Notes: generated by a model not told the origin, from the sequence alone. A DNA stretch of 64,000 bases from Myxococcota bacterium (GCA_965223415.1 OZ245002.1:1952001-2016000); one strand, 5' to 3'. Positions 40,062-51,487 are shown, counted from the first letter of the stretch. Numbers and translations: made by a program.

Positions 40062-41146
40062 TCGTGGGCTCCCAGGTCCGGCGTCACCCAGGTGGGCACG
40101 AGCAGCTCGGCAGCGAGGCCGCGCACCTCCTCGAACATGGCGTCGAAGCGCTCGGCATCCGGGCGGGCGAGGGCCGGTGTGCCCTCGGCCACGGCGTCGC
40201 TCGAGATCACGCCCCGCGCGAGCAGCGCGCGCTTCAGGCACGCGATCGTCCGCTTGCCGCCGGCCGCGCGGGTGCCGACCCGGAACGCCTCGACCACCCG
40301 CTGCACCCGGTCCATCCGTTCCGCGTCGCCGGCGCGGCACAGCTGCCAGGCCCGCGCCCACTCCCGCGGCATCGCGTTCGCCGGGCCCGCCACCACGCCG
40401 ATCGGAAGACCGCCGCGCATCCGGTAGCGCTGCCAGTGCTCGGAGAGCGACCCGAGCCAGCCGCTCCGCGGCCGGAAGATCTCGAAGATCAGCATGGCGT
40501 TGCCCACGTAGATGCCGAACTCGCCGCGCTCGCGGAAGCCGGCGGCCGCCTTGGTGTAGTTGCCGAGCACCTTCTTCGACGCGCTCACCTTGATGCCGCG
40601 CACGAAGTCGAGGCGTGAGAGCGCCTTCACCTGGCGCGTGCGGATGTGCGGGATCGCCGGGTCCGCGGCGATGTCGGCGTTGTCGTACAGGTACACCGGA
40701 ATGCGTCGGGTGCGCGAATCGAGCAGGTCCGCGACGTCCCGCGCGACGAAGCGCACTGGATCGCCCAGGCCGCGGATCGAGAGCGGCGCCAGCACCGCCG
40801 CATCCACTCCCGCGGCGATCGCGGCGTCCAGGTTCTCGAGGGTCTCCTCGGGCGTGCGCGCGGTGACGCCGGCCCAGGCCTCTACCGGGCGCCCGAGGCC
40901 CGCGTTGGCCTTGGCCACCTCCTCGGCGCAGACCTGGATCACCCGTCGCTGGGTGGCTGCGCCGATGCGATCCCACTCGCCCGTGGTGCCCGCCGAGAAC
41001 ACCACGTCCGCCCCGTAGCCGTCCTGCACCACGAAGCGCACGACCGAGCGAAGGTCGTCCTCGATCAGCCGTCCGTCGTCACAGAGCGGCGTCACCACGG
41101 GCACCGAAAGCCCGGGTCTCGGCCGCGCGTCTTCGACCGTCCGCAT
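40058..41146 (-). CDS. DHDPS/NAL-superfamily class I aldolase (divergent)
   Basis: VPVVTP, GTTGE, LYDN, GIKVS (Schiff-base Lys); GTGA-coupled to the kinase-SIS gene. Confidence 0.8.
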   Translation of the reverse strand: MRTVEDARPRPGLSVPVVTPLCDDGRLIEDDLRSVVRFVVQDGYGADVVFSAGTTGEWDRIGAATQRRVIQVCAEEVAKANAGLGRPVEAWAGVTARTPEETLENLDAAIAAGVDAAVLAPLSIRGLGDPVRFVARDVADLLDSRTRRIPVYLYDNADIAADPAIPHIRTRQVKALSRLDFVRGIKVSASKKVLGNYTKAAAGFRERGEFGIYVGNAMLIFEIFRPRSGWLGSLSEHWQRYRMRGGLPIGVVAGPANAMPREWARAWQLCRAGDAERMDRVQRVVEAFRVGTRAAGGKRTIACLKRALLARGVISSDAVAEGTPALARPDAERFDAMFEEVRGLAAELLVPTWVTPDLGAHE

Positions 41147-41276
41147 GCCGGAACAGTAGCGAGAACGGAAATCGGAAAGAACTTCCCCGTCTCTTCCGAT
41201 TCTCCGTCCCGATCCCGGGCACCCCCCGGAAGACGGCTCGCCAGGGGCGCGCAGCGAGCCGCAGGCGAGCGAAGGG

Positions 41277-41882
41277 TCAGACGGACTCGAAGAAGGTTCC
41301 TACGGGCACACCCAGGGCGGTGGCGACCTTGTAGAGGGTCATCACCGAGGCGGCGCTCTTGCCGAGCTCGATCTGGGAGATGAGGCTCACCGAGAGGCCG
41401 GTGCGGTTCGCCACCTGCTTCAGGGTGAGGGTCAGCTCGTGCCGGCGGCTGCGGATGCGCTCGCCGATGGCGGCATTCAGGCGCTCCTCCGGGTCGACCG
41501 CCAGCCCGTGCTCCTTCACCGCAGCGGAGAGGACGGGGCGCAGCTCGTGCACGGCGGAGGGGCGCTTCAGGTAGTCGAAGGCCCGGTGCTTCATGGTCGC
41601 CACCGCCGCCTCGACGCTCGGCTCGTCGGTCATGCAGATGACGCAGAGGTCGTCGTCCACCGAGCGGATCTGTTGGAGCAGCCCGATGCCCTCCTCACCG
41701 GGGCGGCCCAGGTCGAGGAGCACCATCTGGTAGCGCCCGTCCTTCACCTCGCGGGGCGCCCGGGCCGGCTCCTCGAGGGCGGTGGCCTCGTAGCCCTCCG
41801 CCGCCAGGAAATGGGCGAGCTGGCCGCGCAGGTGCACGTCCGGCTCCACGACGAGCACATTCAAGGGCTGGCTTCCTGCCAT
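41277..41882 (-). CDS. Response regulator with a C-terminal XRE-type HTH
   Basis: REC (VVEPD, LLDL, AFDYLKRP) plus TLKQVANRTGLSVSLISQIELG. Confidence 0.88.
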   Translation of the reverse strand: MAGSQPLNVLVVEPDVHLRGQLAHFLAAEGYEATALEEPARAPREVKDGRYQMVLLDLGRPGEEGIGLLQQIRSVDDDLCVICMTDEPSVEAAVATMKHRAFDYLKRPSAVHELRPVLSAAVKEHGLAVDPEERLNAAIGERIRSRRHELTLTLKQVANRTGLSVSLISQIELGKSAASVMTLYKVATALGVPVGTFFESV

Positions 41883-41984
41883 GGTTCTTCCGACCTCCCG
41901 TCCATCGAATCCCCTACTGATTCGGCTGGAGGCGGAACGACTTGAGGGAAAACCCCGAGTCGAAGACCCTGTTTTCCCGGGTGC

Positions 41985-44011
<2,027 letters not shown>

Positions 44012-44794
44012 TCACTCGACGGCGTGCCTCGGGACGACCACCGGACCCTCGGGTCCGGAGAGCACCTCCGCCTCGACGCCGAAGGCGCGGCGCAGGGCGT
44101 CGGGAAGCAGCACCGCTTCCGGCGTGCCCGCGGCGAGCACGCAGCCCTGGGCGAGTAGCGCGATGCGGTCGGCGGCGCGCACCGAGAGCGCCAGGTCGTG
44201 GGAGACGACCAGCGCGCTGCGCCCCTCCGCCGCCCACTCGCGCAGCAGCGCCAGCAGCTGGAGACGGCGGGCCAGATCGAGGTGGGCCGTCGCCTCGTCG
44301 AGCAGCAGGATGACCGGATCCTGGGCCAACGCCCGCGCCACCATCACGAGCTGCCGTTCGCCGCCGGAGAGCTCGAGGATGGAGCGCTCGGCCAGGGCGA
44401 GGAGACCCAGCCGTTCGAGGGCCGCGTGGGCGATGCGGCGGTCCTTCGCCGACTCGAAGCCCAGCAGGCCCTGGTGGGGCGTGCGGCCCATCAGCACCAC
44501 CTCGTCCACCCGGAACGGGAAGGGCACCGTCGTCTCCTGCGGAACCAGCGCCATCTGCCGGGCGAGCCCTCGGCGCCCGTGGGCCGCGAGGGGCCGCCCG
44601 TCCAGGCGGATGTCGCCCCGATCCGGCGCGAGCAGCCCGCAGGCGATCCGCAGCAGCGTGGTCTTGCCGGCGCCGTTGCGCCCGGCCAGCAGCAGCACCT
44701 CGCCGTGCCCGAGCTGGAGGTCGACGCCGGCCAGCACCGAACGGCCGGCGAGATCCACGCCGACGCCGGAGAGCGTGAGCAGGGCGGCGCTCAC
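44012..44794 (-). CDS. ABC transporter ATP-binding protein (BtuD/FecE family)
   Basis: GRNGAGKTT, LSGGERQ, LLLDE, SHDL. Confidence 0.92.
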   Translation of the reverse strand: MSAALLTLSGVGVDLAGRSVLAGVDLQLGHGEVLLLAGRNGAGKTTLLRIACGLLAPDRGDIRLDGRPLAAHGRRGLARQMALVPQETTVPFPFRVDEVVLMGRTPHQGLLGFESAKDRRIAHAALERLGLLALAERSILELSGGERQLVMVARALAQDPVILLLDEATAHLDLARRLQLLALLREWAAEGRSALVVSHDLALSVRAADRIALLAQGCVLAAGTPEAVLLPDALRRAFGVEAEVLSGPEGPVVVPRHAVE

Positions 44795-45810
44795 GAAACG
44801 AACACCGCGCGGTGTCGGCGGCGCAGCAGGTAGAGGAAGAAGGGACCCCCGGCCAGGGCGGTGATCGCTCCGACGGGAAGCTCGCGCCCGCCGAGCACGC
44901 TGCGGGCCAGGGTGTCGCAGAGGATCAGGAACGCGGCTCCGCTGAGGGCGGCGGAGGGCAGGAGCAGCCGGTGGTCGGAGCCGAGCCGGAGCCGCAGGGC
45001 GTGGGGCACGATCAGCCCTACGAAGCCCACCAGCCCGGAGACGGATACGGCGGCCCCGACCATCAGCGAGGTGGCGACCAGCAGCAGCCGCTGCACCCAC
45101 ACCACGTCGACGCCGAGCTGCGCCGCCGATTCCTCACCCAGGGCCAACGCGTTCAGGGACCGGGCGAGCGGCAGCGCGCAGGCCAGTCCCGCCACCAGGA
45201 AGAGGGCGACCCAGCCGGTGGCCTCGCCGCGCACGTCGGAGAGGCTGCCGATCAGCCACAGGAAGATGCGCGCACCGTCCGTGAGGCCGGCCAGGGACGC
45301 CAGGAACACGATCGCCGCGGAGGCGAACGCGTTGAACACCACGCCGGTGAGAAGTAGCGACGTGCCGGCGAAACGCCCGACGGGGCCGACCACCGCGAGC
45401 AGCAGCAGGACCGTCGCCACCGCCCCGGCGAAGGCCGCAGGCGGTACCGCTGCGTAGCCCAACCCGAGAGCCCCGCCTAACGACAGGGCAAGGATTCCGC
45501 CCAGGGCCGCGCCACCGGACACACCGAGGATGAAGGGATCCGCGAGGGGGTTGCGCAGGAGCGCCTGATAGATGGCCCCGGCCACGGCGAGGGAGGCCCC
45601 CACCAGGCCCGCGAGCAGGACGCGCGGAACGCGCACCCGCAGCACGATGTCCGCCGCGGCCCCGTCGCTGCGTCCGGCCAGCGCTTCCCATGTCTCCGCG
45701 AGCCCCAGCGCACTCGGGCCCACCACCAGCCCGAAGCCCGTCGCCGCGAAGAGGATCGCGAGCAGCACCCCCGTCACGACCAGCCAGCGCCCCGGCGTGA
45801 GCGGACTCAT
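44791..45810 (-). CDS. FecCD/BtuC-family permease
   Basis: RVPR, QALLRNPLADP, LGEESAAQLG, GFVGLIVPH. Confidence 0.93.
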   Translation of the reverse strand: MSPLTPGRWLVVTGVLLAILFAATGFGLVVGPSALGLAETWEALAGRSDGAAADIVLRVRVPRVLLAGLVGASLAVAGAIYQALLRNPLADPFILGVSGGAALGGILALSLGGALGLGYAAVPPAAFAGAVATVLLLLAVVGPVGRFAGTSLLLTGVVFNAFASAAIVFLASLAGLTDGARIFLWLIGSLSDVRGEATGWVALFLVAGLACALPLARSLNALALGEESAAQLGVDVVWVQRLLLVATSLMVGAAVSVSGLVGFVGLIVPHALRLRLGSDHRLLLPSAALSGAAFLILCDTLARSVLGGRELPVGAITALAGGPFFLYLLRRRHRAVFVS

Positions 45811-46682
45811 GGAGCGGACGCTTCCAGAGCGCCGGGGTGCACCGCCCCTACCAGCGCGCGGAGCGCCTCGTCGAGCTGGGGCCCCGGAAGGGTCACGAGT
45901 CCTTCCGGGAAGGAGACGATGCGTTCGTTCGCGACGGCGGGGAGCGAGGGCCAACGCCGCCAGAAGTCCGTGGCGGGCTCCGGGGCCCGGGCCGAGTCGA
46001 TCAGCAGGTCCGGCGCCGCCGAGAGCAGCCACTCCCGCGCCACCCGCGGATAGGAGCCCTCGAGCTCCGCGCCCAGGTTTCGCGCGCCGGCGCTCGCGAG
46101 CATCTCGTCGATGAAGCTCCCGCGGCCCACCAGAAAGAGCGGGTCCCGTTGCAGCACGAGCACCGTGCGCACCCGCGGCAGGCCGGCGACGGCGTCCTCG
46201 ACCTGGCGGCGCGTCGCCCGAATGGCCTCCGCCCGCTCGCGGGCGGCCGCGCTATGGCCGACGCGCTCTCCCAGGAGCTCGATGGTCTCCACCACCGCGT
46301 CGAAGCCCTGGGGATCCACGGCGAGGCGGGGCACGCCCAGGCTCGCGAGCCGGTCGCGGAAGCCGCGCTGCTCGGCGCTCGGCACGAGCACGACCAGATC
46401 GGGCCGCAGGGCCACCACCGCCTCGAGGCTCGGGTTGTAGAGCCCGCCGACCCGCGGCAGCTCCGCGAGCTCCGGGCGCTGGCGGGCCGAGTAGTCGTCG
46501 ACGCCGACCAGCTGCTCCCGGGCGCCGATCGCCAGCAGGATCGCGGTGAGCGAGGGGTTCAGCGAGACGATGCGCTTCGCGGGCGCGGCCGCGCGCTCGG
46601 CGGCCACCGGCTCGGCAGCCGAGGCCGGACCCGGGGAGAGGGCGAGGAAGACCCCGGCCCATGCGGCGACGAGGGCGCGCAT
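45807..46682 (-). CDS. Helical-backbone substrate-binding protein (BtuF-like)
   Basis: Signal peptide, RIVSLNPSLT, NPSLEAVVALRPD, SFIDEML, PGP. Confidence 0.88.
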   Translation of the reverse strand: MRALVAAWAGVFLALSPGPASAAEPVAAERAAAPAKRIVSLNPSLTAILLAIGAREQLVGVDDYSARQRPELAELPRVGGLYNPSLEAVVALRPDLVVLVPSAEQRGFRDRLASLGVPRLAVDPQGFDAVVETIELLGERVGHSAAARERAEAIRATRRQVEDAVAGLPRVRTVLVLQRDPLFLVGRGSFIDEMLASAGARNLGAELEGSYPRVAREWLLSAAPDLLIDSARAPEPATDFWRRWPSLPAVANERIVSFPEGLVTLPGPQLDEALRALVGAVHPGALEASAP

Positions 46683-46702
46683 GGGCCGGGGATAGCAAGG
46701 GT

Positions 46703-47041
46703 CTACTCGACCCGCAGGGTGGTCGTACCGCCGAGCTTCACGAACGGGCGCAGCTTGGCGAGGGCGGCCTCGCCGATGCCCTTCACGTCCACCAGCTCGT
46801 CCACCTTCTTGAAGCCGCCGCGCTCCTTGCGCAGGGCCACGATGGCCCGGGCCCGGCTCTCGCCGACACCGGGCAGGAGCACGAGCTGCTCCACGTTGGC
46901 GGTGTTCAGGTTGAGCGCGCCGTGGAGGGTGGGCTTGGCCGCGTGGGCGGGCTGCGGCCACAGCACGGCACCGGCGGCGGGCGCCGCCAGCGCGAGGGCC
47001 AGGGCGAGGCCCAGACGGAGAGGAACGGTTCGCAGGTTCAT
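46703..47041 (-). CDS. comEA: ComEA-family helix-hairpin-helix DNA-binding protein
   Basis: Signal peptide, LNLNTA, LPGVG..RA..IV, VKGIG. Confidence 0.88.
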   Translation of the reverse strand: MNLRTVPLRLGLALALALAAPAAGAVLWPQPAHAAKPTLHGALNLNTANVEQLVLLPGVGESRARAIVALRKERGGFKKVDELVDVKGIGEAALAKLRPFVKLGGTTTLRVE

Positions 47042-47082
47042 ATGGGGAGGTATCCCCGGGACCGGCGGGGTGAGAAAGGGGG

Positions 47083-48132
47083 CTAGCTCGCCCGGTGCAC
47101 CGAGTAGTCGGCGGCCGCGACGAGGGCTCGCTTGGTGGCGCCGTCGGGGAAGGGCGCGATGGCGTCCGCCGCGCGCTTCACGTGCTCCTCGGCGCGGCGG
47201 TCGGTGTCTTCGATGCCGCGGTGGCGGCGTACGAGCTCGACGATGGGCGCCAGCTCGGTGGGGCTCAGCACCTGGTCCACCTCGACGGGCCCCTCGACCT
47301 CGAGCTCGCTGGTGCGCTGGGAAGCGGTCTTGAGCAGGCCCGCCACGAGCTCCCGCTCGGCGGACGTGCAGCGCTTCAGGGTGAGCAGCAGCGGCAGGGT
47401 GACCTTGCCCTCGCGGACGTCGGTGAGGGGCTGCTTGCCGAGCTCCTCCTCGCCACCGTCGAAGTCGAGGGCGTCGTCGCGAAGCTGGAAGGCCAGGCCG
47501 AGCTCGCGCCCGAACTCCGCGACCCGCCGCCGCTCGGCCCGGGTGACACCGCCCAGGATCGCACCGGCCTCGGCGGCGGCGGAGAGCAGCGTCGCGCTCT
47601 TGCGCTCGATCACCTCGTAGTAGTGGGTCTCGGTCACCTGCGGGTCGAAGCTCGCTTCGAGCTGCAGCAGCTCGCCCTCGGCCATGAGGCGGATCGTGTT
47701 CGAGAAGATCCACAGCACGTCGAGGTCGCCGTCCTCGACGATCAACGAGGAGGCGCGGGCGTAGAAGAAATCGCCGACCAGCACCGCGCGCCGGTTGCCC
47801 CAGATGGCGCGGGCGGCGGGACGGCCGCGCCGCAGATTCCCGAGATCGACGACGTCGTCGTGGAGCAGGGTGGCGGTGTGCAGCATCTCCACCGCCGAGG
47901 CGATCTGGATGCAGCGGGGACCGGTGTAGCCGCAGAGCCGGGCCGCGAGCATCAACAGCACGGGCCGCAGGCGCTTGCCGCCGGAGGAGAGCACGTGCTC
48001 GCCGATCGCACCGACCAGCGCCTGCTCGCTGGCGAGCTGATCGCGCATCGTGCGTTCGACTTGCTCCAGGTGGGGAGCGAGCTCGGTCAAGGCGCTGGCG
48101 AGGGCCGGAGGAGGGGAGGGGCTCTGGGCCAT
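47083..48132 (-). CDS. ispB: Polyprenyl diphosphate synthase (IspB-like)
   Basis: GGKRLRP, HDDVVD..LRRG, FQLRDDALD, EGKVTLP. Confidence 0.88.
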   Translation of the reverse strand: MAQSPSPPPALASALTELAPHLEQVERTMRDQLASEQALVGAIGEHVLSSGGKRLRPVLLMLAARLCGYTGPRCIQIASAVEMLHTATLLHDDVVDLGNLRRGRPAARAIWGNRRAVLVGDFFYARASSLIVEDGDLDVLWIFSNTIRLMAEGELLQLEASFDPQVTETHYYEVIERKSATLLSAAAEAGAILGGVTRAERRRVAEFGRELGLAFQLRDDALDFDGGEEELGKQPLTDVREGKVTLPLLLTLKRCTSAERELVAGLLKTASQRTSELEVEGPVEVDQVLSPTELAPIVELVRRHRGIEDTDRRAEEHVKRAADAIAPFPDGATKRALVAAADYSVHRAS

Positions 48133-48140
48133 CGCTTCCC

Positions 48141-48169
48141 ACGCTAGCGCCGACCCCTGGCGGTGTCAA
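48141..48169 (-). promoter_or_regulatory. sigma70 promoter, near-leaderless ispB transcript
   Basis: TTGACA-N17-TAGCGT, 8 nt before the ATG. Confidence 0.7.
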
Positions 48170-48205
48170 AGCGAGAATGTCGAAAAGCCTTGAAAAGACG
48201 GGCGT

Positions 48206-49597
48206 TTACCGTGGTTCACCCGAGCGTGGACCGGCGTTCTCGACCAGCCAATGCACCGCCTGCCCCACGTGCTCCACACCGACGGCGCCGCCGGAGTTTC
48301 CCGCGACGCCGGAGGGGACGAGCACCTGGCCGAAGCCTAGGCGAGCGGCCTCGCGCAGGCGCTGGTCGAGGCGTCCGACCCGGCGCACCTCGCCGCCGAG
48401 CCCGACCTCGCCGCAGGCGGCCACGTCCGGAGGGAGCGGCTTGTCGAGGCGGCTCGATGCGATGGCGAGGGCCACCGCGAGATCCGCGGCGGGCTCGGAG
48501 ACGCGCACGCCGCCGACCACGTTCACGTACACGTCGCAGGAGAGCAGATCGATCTCGCTGTGGCGGTCGAGCACCGCGAGGAGCAGCGCCACCCGCGCGT
48601 CGTCGATGCCGACGCAGGTGCGTCGCGCGGTGCCGTAGCCCGCCGGTGCGACGAGGGCCTGCACCTCGAGCAGCACCGGCCGCGTGCCCTCCATCACCGG
48701 CACGATGCACGAGCCCGGCGCGCCCGGGTGCCGCTCGGCCAGGAAGAGCTCGCTCGGGTTCTCGACGGCGACCAGGCCCTTCTCGCCCATCGTGAAGATG
48801 CCCACCTCTTGAGTGGAGCCGAAGCGGTTCTTCGTGGCGCGCAGCAGGCGGAAAGGCGTGCCGCGATCGCCTTCGAAGGTGAGCACCACGTCGACCAGGT
48901 GCTCGAGGACGCGCGGGCCGGCGAGGGTGCCCTCCTTGGTGACGTGGCCCACCAGCACGAGGGCCGTGCCGTGGCTCTTGGCAGTGGCGGAGAGCAGGCC
49001 AGCGCACTCGCGCACCTGGGCCACGGAGCCGGCGGCGGATTCGATGCGCTCGGTGCGGGCGGTCTGGATCGAGTCGATCACCACCACCACCGGGCGGTGC
49101 TCGCGCCAGGGCGCGGCCAGGGCCTCCACCCGCGTCTCCGAGAGCGCCATCAGCGAGCGCGGGATCTCGCCGAGCCGGGCGGCGCGCAGGCGCACCTGCT
49201 CGAGGCTCTCCTCGCCGGTGACGTAGAGGACGCGCCCGGCCCGCTGCTCGAGCTGGGCGGCGAGCTGCAGGGAGAGGGTCGACTTGCCGATCCCCGGCTC
49301 GCCGCCGATCAGCACGACCGAGCCGGGCACGAGGCCGCCGCCGAGCACGCGATCGAGCTCGGCGATGCCCGTGGCCAGGCGGGGCGCACCGCCGGCGTCG
49401 ACGTCGGCCAGGGCGACGGCCTGGCCGCTGGTGCCGCCGGTGGCGGGCTCCGGGGCCACCAGCGCCGCCGGCGCCTCCCCGCCCAGCGGCTCCTCCACCA
49501 GGGTGTCCCAGGCGCCGCAGCCCGGGCAGCGCCCGAGCCAGCGAGGCTGCTGGGTGCCGCACTCGGTGCAGCAGTAGACGGAGCGCGGCTTGGCCAT
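48206..49597 (-). CDS. radA: DNA repair protein RadA/Sms
   Basis: C4 zinc finger, GEPGIGKST, DSIQT, KNRFG, Lon-like C-terminus. Confidence 0.97.
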   Translation of the reverse strand: MAKPRSVYCCTECGTQQPRWLGRCPGCGAWDTLVEEPLGGEAPAALVAPEPATGGTSGQAVALADVDAGGAPRLATGIAELDRVLGGGLVPGSVVLIGGEPGIGKSTLSLQLAAQLEQRAGRVLYVTGEESLEQVRLRAARLGEIPRSLMALSETRVEALAAPWREHRPVVVVIDSIQTARTERIESAAGSVAQVRECAGLLSATAKSHGTALVLVGHVTKEGTLAGPRVLEHLVDVVLTFEGDRGTPFRLLRATKNRFGSTQEVGIFTMGEKGLVAVENPSELFLAERHPGAPGSCIVPVMEGTRPVLLEVQALVAPAGYGTARRTCVGIDDARVALLLAVLDRHSEIDLLSCDVYVNVVGGVRVSEPAADLAVALAIASSRLDKPLPPDVAACGEVGLGGEVRRVGRLDQRLREAARLGFGQVLVPSGVAGNSGGAVGVEHVGQAVHWLVENAGPRSGEPR

Positions 49598-49635
49598 GGG
49601 GCGCGAATGTAGCGATGGCGACGTACCGTATGGGG

Positions 49636-50253
49636 ATGGGCCTCTACGACATCTACGAGCAACGCGTCTTCCCCCGCTTCCTCGACCGGGCGATGAAGCA
49701 GTTCGGCCCCCAGCGCGAGCCCACCCTCGCCGAGGCGCGGGGCGACGTGCTGGAGATCGGCTTCGGCACCGGCCTCAACCTCCCGCACTACCCCGAGGGC
49801 GTGGAGAAGCTCTCGACGGTGGATCCGATGGACGCCCTCCAGGAGAAGGTGCAGGAGCGCATCGACCGGGTGCCCTTCCCGGTCGAACGCCACCACCTGC
49901 CCGCCGACGGCGGCCTGCCCTTCGATCGCGGCCGCTTCGACACCGTGACCGTCACCTGGACCCTGTGCACCATCCCGGACGCCGGCGCCGCTCTGACGGA
50001 GATGCACCGGGTCCTCAAGCCCGAGGGCAGGCTGCTGTTCATCGAGCACGGCCGCAGCGACGACGCGAGGATCGCCCGCTGGCAGGACCGCCTGAACCCG
50101 ATCTGGAACGTGATCGGCTGCGGCTGCAACCTGAACCGCTCCACCGCCGACCTGGTCGAGCGCGCCGGCTTCCAGCTCGAGCGCCTCGAGCAGCTCATCG
50201 AGGGCCCGCGCATCTTCGCCACCCTCTACCGCGGAGCCGCCCTACCGAAATGA
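49636..50253 (+). CDS. Class I SAM-dependent methyltransferase
   Basis: VLEIGFGTG, FDTV...TLCT, VLKPEG..LFIEH; alternative starts 49615 and 49630. Confidence 0.9.
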   Translation: MGLYDIYEQRVFPRFLDRAMKQFGPQREPTLAEARGDVLEIGFGTGLNLPHYPEGVEKLSTVDPMDALQEKVQERIDRVPFPVERHHLPADGGLPFDRGRFDTVTVTWTLCTIPDAGAALTEMHRVLKPEGRLLFIEHGRSDDARIARWQDRLNPIWNVIGCGCNLNRSTADLVERAGFQLERLEQLIEGPRIFATLYRGAALPK

Positions 50254-50322
50254 AGAAACGGGGCCAGAGTTAAGAATTCAGTTCTGGAAGAACTGAATTC
50301 TTAACTCTGGCCCCGTTTCTTC
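50252..50322. repeat. Perfect AT-rich palindrome, 34-bp arms and 3-nt loop
   Basis: GAAGAAACGGGGCCAGAGTTAAGAATTCAGTTCT-GGA-exact reverse complement. Confidence 0.95.
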
Positions 50323-50323
50323 G

Positions 50324-50355
50324 CTGTCACCCTGGCTGCGAGGGTAGGGTGACGG
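50324..50355. promoter_or_regulatory. Candidate BirA operator
   Basis: CTGTCACCC-N14-GGGTGACGG, resembling the proteobacterial TGTMAACC-N14..16-GGTTKACA box; 40 bp upstream of bioB. Confidence 0.65.
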
Positions 50356-50394
50356 TGCTAAGTTGCCGTGCTCATGAGGGTTTCGGGAGGCGGT

Positions 50395-51480
50395 ATGTTC
50401 GAGCACTACGAGCGGCTGGCGGCGCGGGCGTTGGCGGGGGAGGCGCCGTCGGAGGACGACGCCCTGTGGATCCTGGACGGGGACGACGTCCAGCTGCTGC
50501 CGCTGCTGCAGGCGGCCTACGCCCCGCGGGAGAAGCACTTCGGCCGCAAGGTGATGGTGCACGTCCTGAACAACGTGCAGAACGGCCTGTGCCCGGAAGA
50601 CTGCGGCTACTGCTCCCAGTCGAAGGGCTCCGAGGCGCCGATCCTCAAGTACCCGATGAAGGCCGAGGACGAGATCCTCGCCGAGGCCGAGGCGGCGGTC
50701 CGTGCCGGCGCGTCCCGCTACTGCATGGTCCTCTCGGGCCGCGGGCCGGGCCTCGAGCGCACCCGCCAGCTCGCGGAAGTGATCCGCACCGTCAAGGCCA
50801 CCTACCCGATCGAGGTCTGCCTCTCGGTGGGTCTGGTCGACGACGAGCAGGCCCGGATGTTGGCGGACGCGGGGCTCGACCGGCTCAACCACAACCTCAA
50901 CACCAGCGAGACCCACTACGCGGACATCTGCACCACCCACACCTACGAGGACCGGGTGCAGACGCTCCACGCCGCCAAGAGCGCGGGCATCGGCACCTGC
51001 AGCGGGCTCATCGTGGGCATGGGCGAGACGAGCCGGGACGTGGTGGACGTCGCCTTCCACCTCCGCAAGCTCGAGGTGCCGTCGATCCCGGTGAACTTCC
51101 TGATCCCCATCGAGGGCAACCCTGTCACCGACGACGGCAGTCTCACCCCGGAACGCTGCCTCCGCGCCCTGGCCCTGATGCGGCTGGTCAACCCGGCGGC
51201 CGAGGTGCGCGTGGCCGGCGGCCGCGAAGGCAACATCCGCAGCCTCGGCCCCCTGGCGCTCTGGCCCGCCAACTCGCTCTTCATGGAGGGCTACCTCACC
51301 ACGAAGGGCGATGACGAGCGCGAGACCTACCGCATGATCCGGGACGCGGGCTTCGAGGTGGAAGGCAACCCCACCTTCGACGCCCTGCAGGCCGAGCCCG
51401 CCGCTGCCGGGTTCCGCCTGCGCGGCGGCGACGGCGAGATCCTGAAGCCCGAGATCGCGCGGCCGACGCGGGGCTTCTGA
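50395..51480 (+). CDS. bioB: Biotin synthase
   Basis: CPEDCGYCSQS radical-SAM motif, NHNLNT, CSG.IVGMGE, PVNFL, AGGRE. Confidence 0.96.
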   Translation: MFEHYERLAARALAGEAPSEDDALWILDGDDVQLLPLLQAAYAPREKHFGRKVMVHVLNNVQNGLCPEDCGYCSQSKGSEAPILKYPMKAEDEILAEAEAAVRAGASRYCMVLSGRGPGLERTRQLAEVIRTVKATYPIEVCLSVGLVDDEQARMLADAGLDRLNHNLNTSETHYADICTTHTYEDRVQTLHAAKSAGIGTCSGLIVGMGETSRDVVDVAFHLRKLEVPSIPVNFLIPIEGNPVTDDGSLTPERCLRALALMRLVNPAAEVRVAGGREGNIRSLGPLALWPANSLFMEGYLTTKGDDERETYRMIRDAGFEVEGNPTFDALQAEPAAAGFRLRGGDGEILKPEIARPTRGF

Positions 51481-51487
51481 GGCCGCC

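Noticed and set aside
40058..41146. Second dapA
   Set aside because: It lacks PYYNK and YNxPxRT, and a canonical dapA is at 26204-27076.
46683..46702. Cobalamin riboswitch before the BtuFCD-like operon
   Set aside because: The intergenic gap is only 20 bp, so there is no room; the transporter's substrate remains unassigned.
49636..50253. Methyltransferase as BioC
   Set aside because: It lacks recognisable BioC features and is separated from bioB by a palindrome and the operator.
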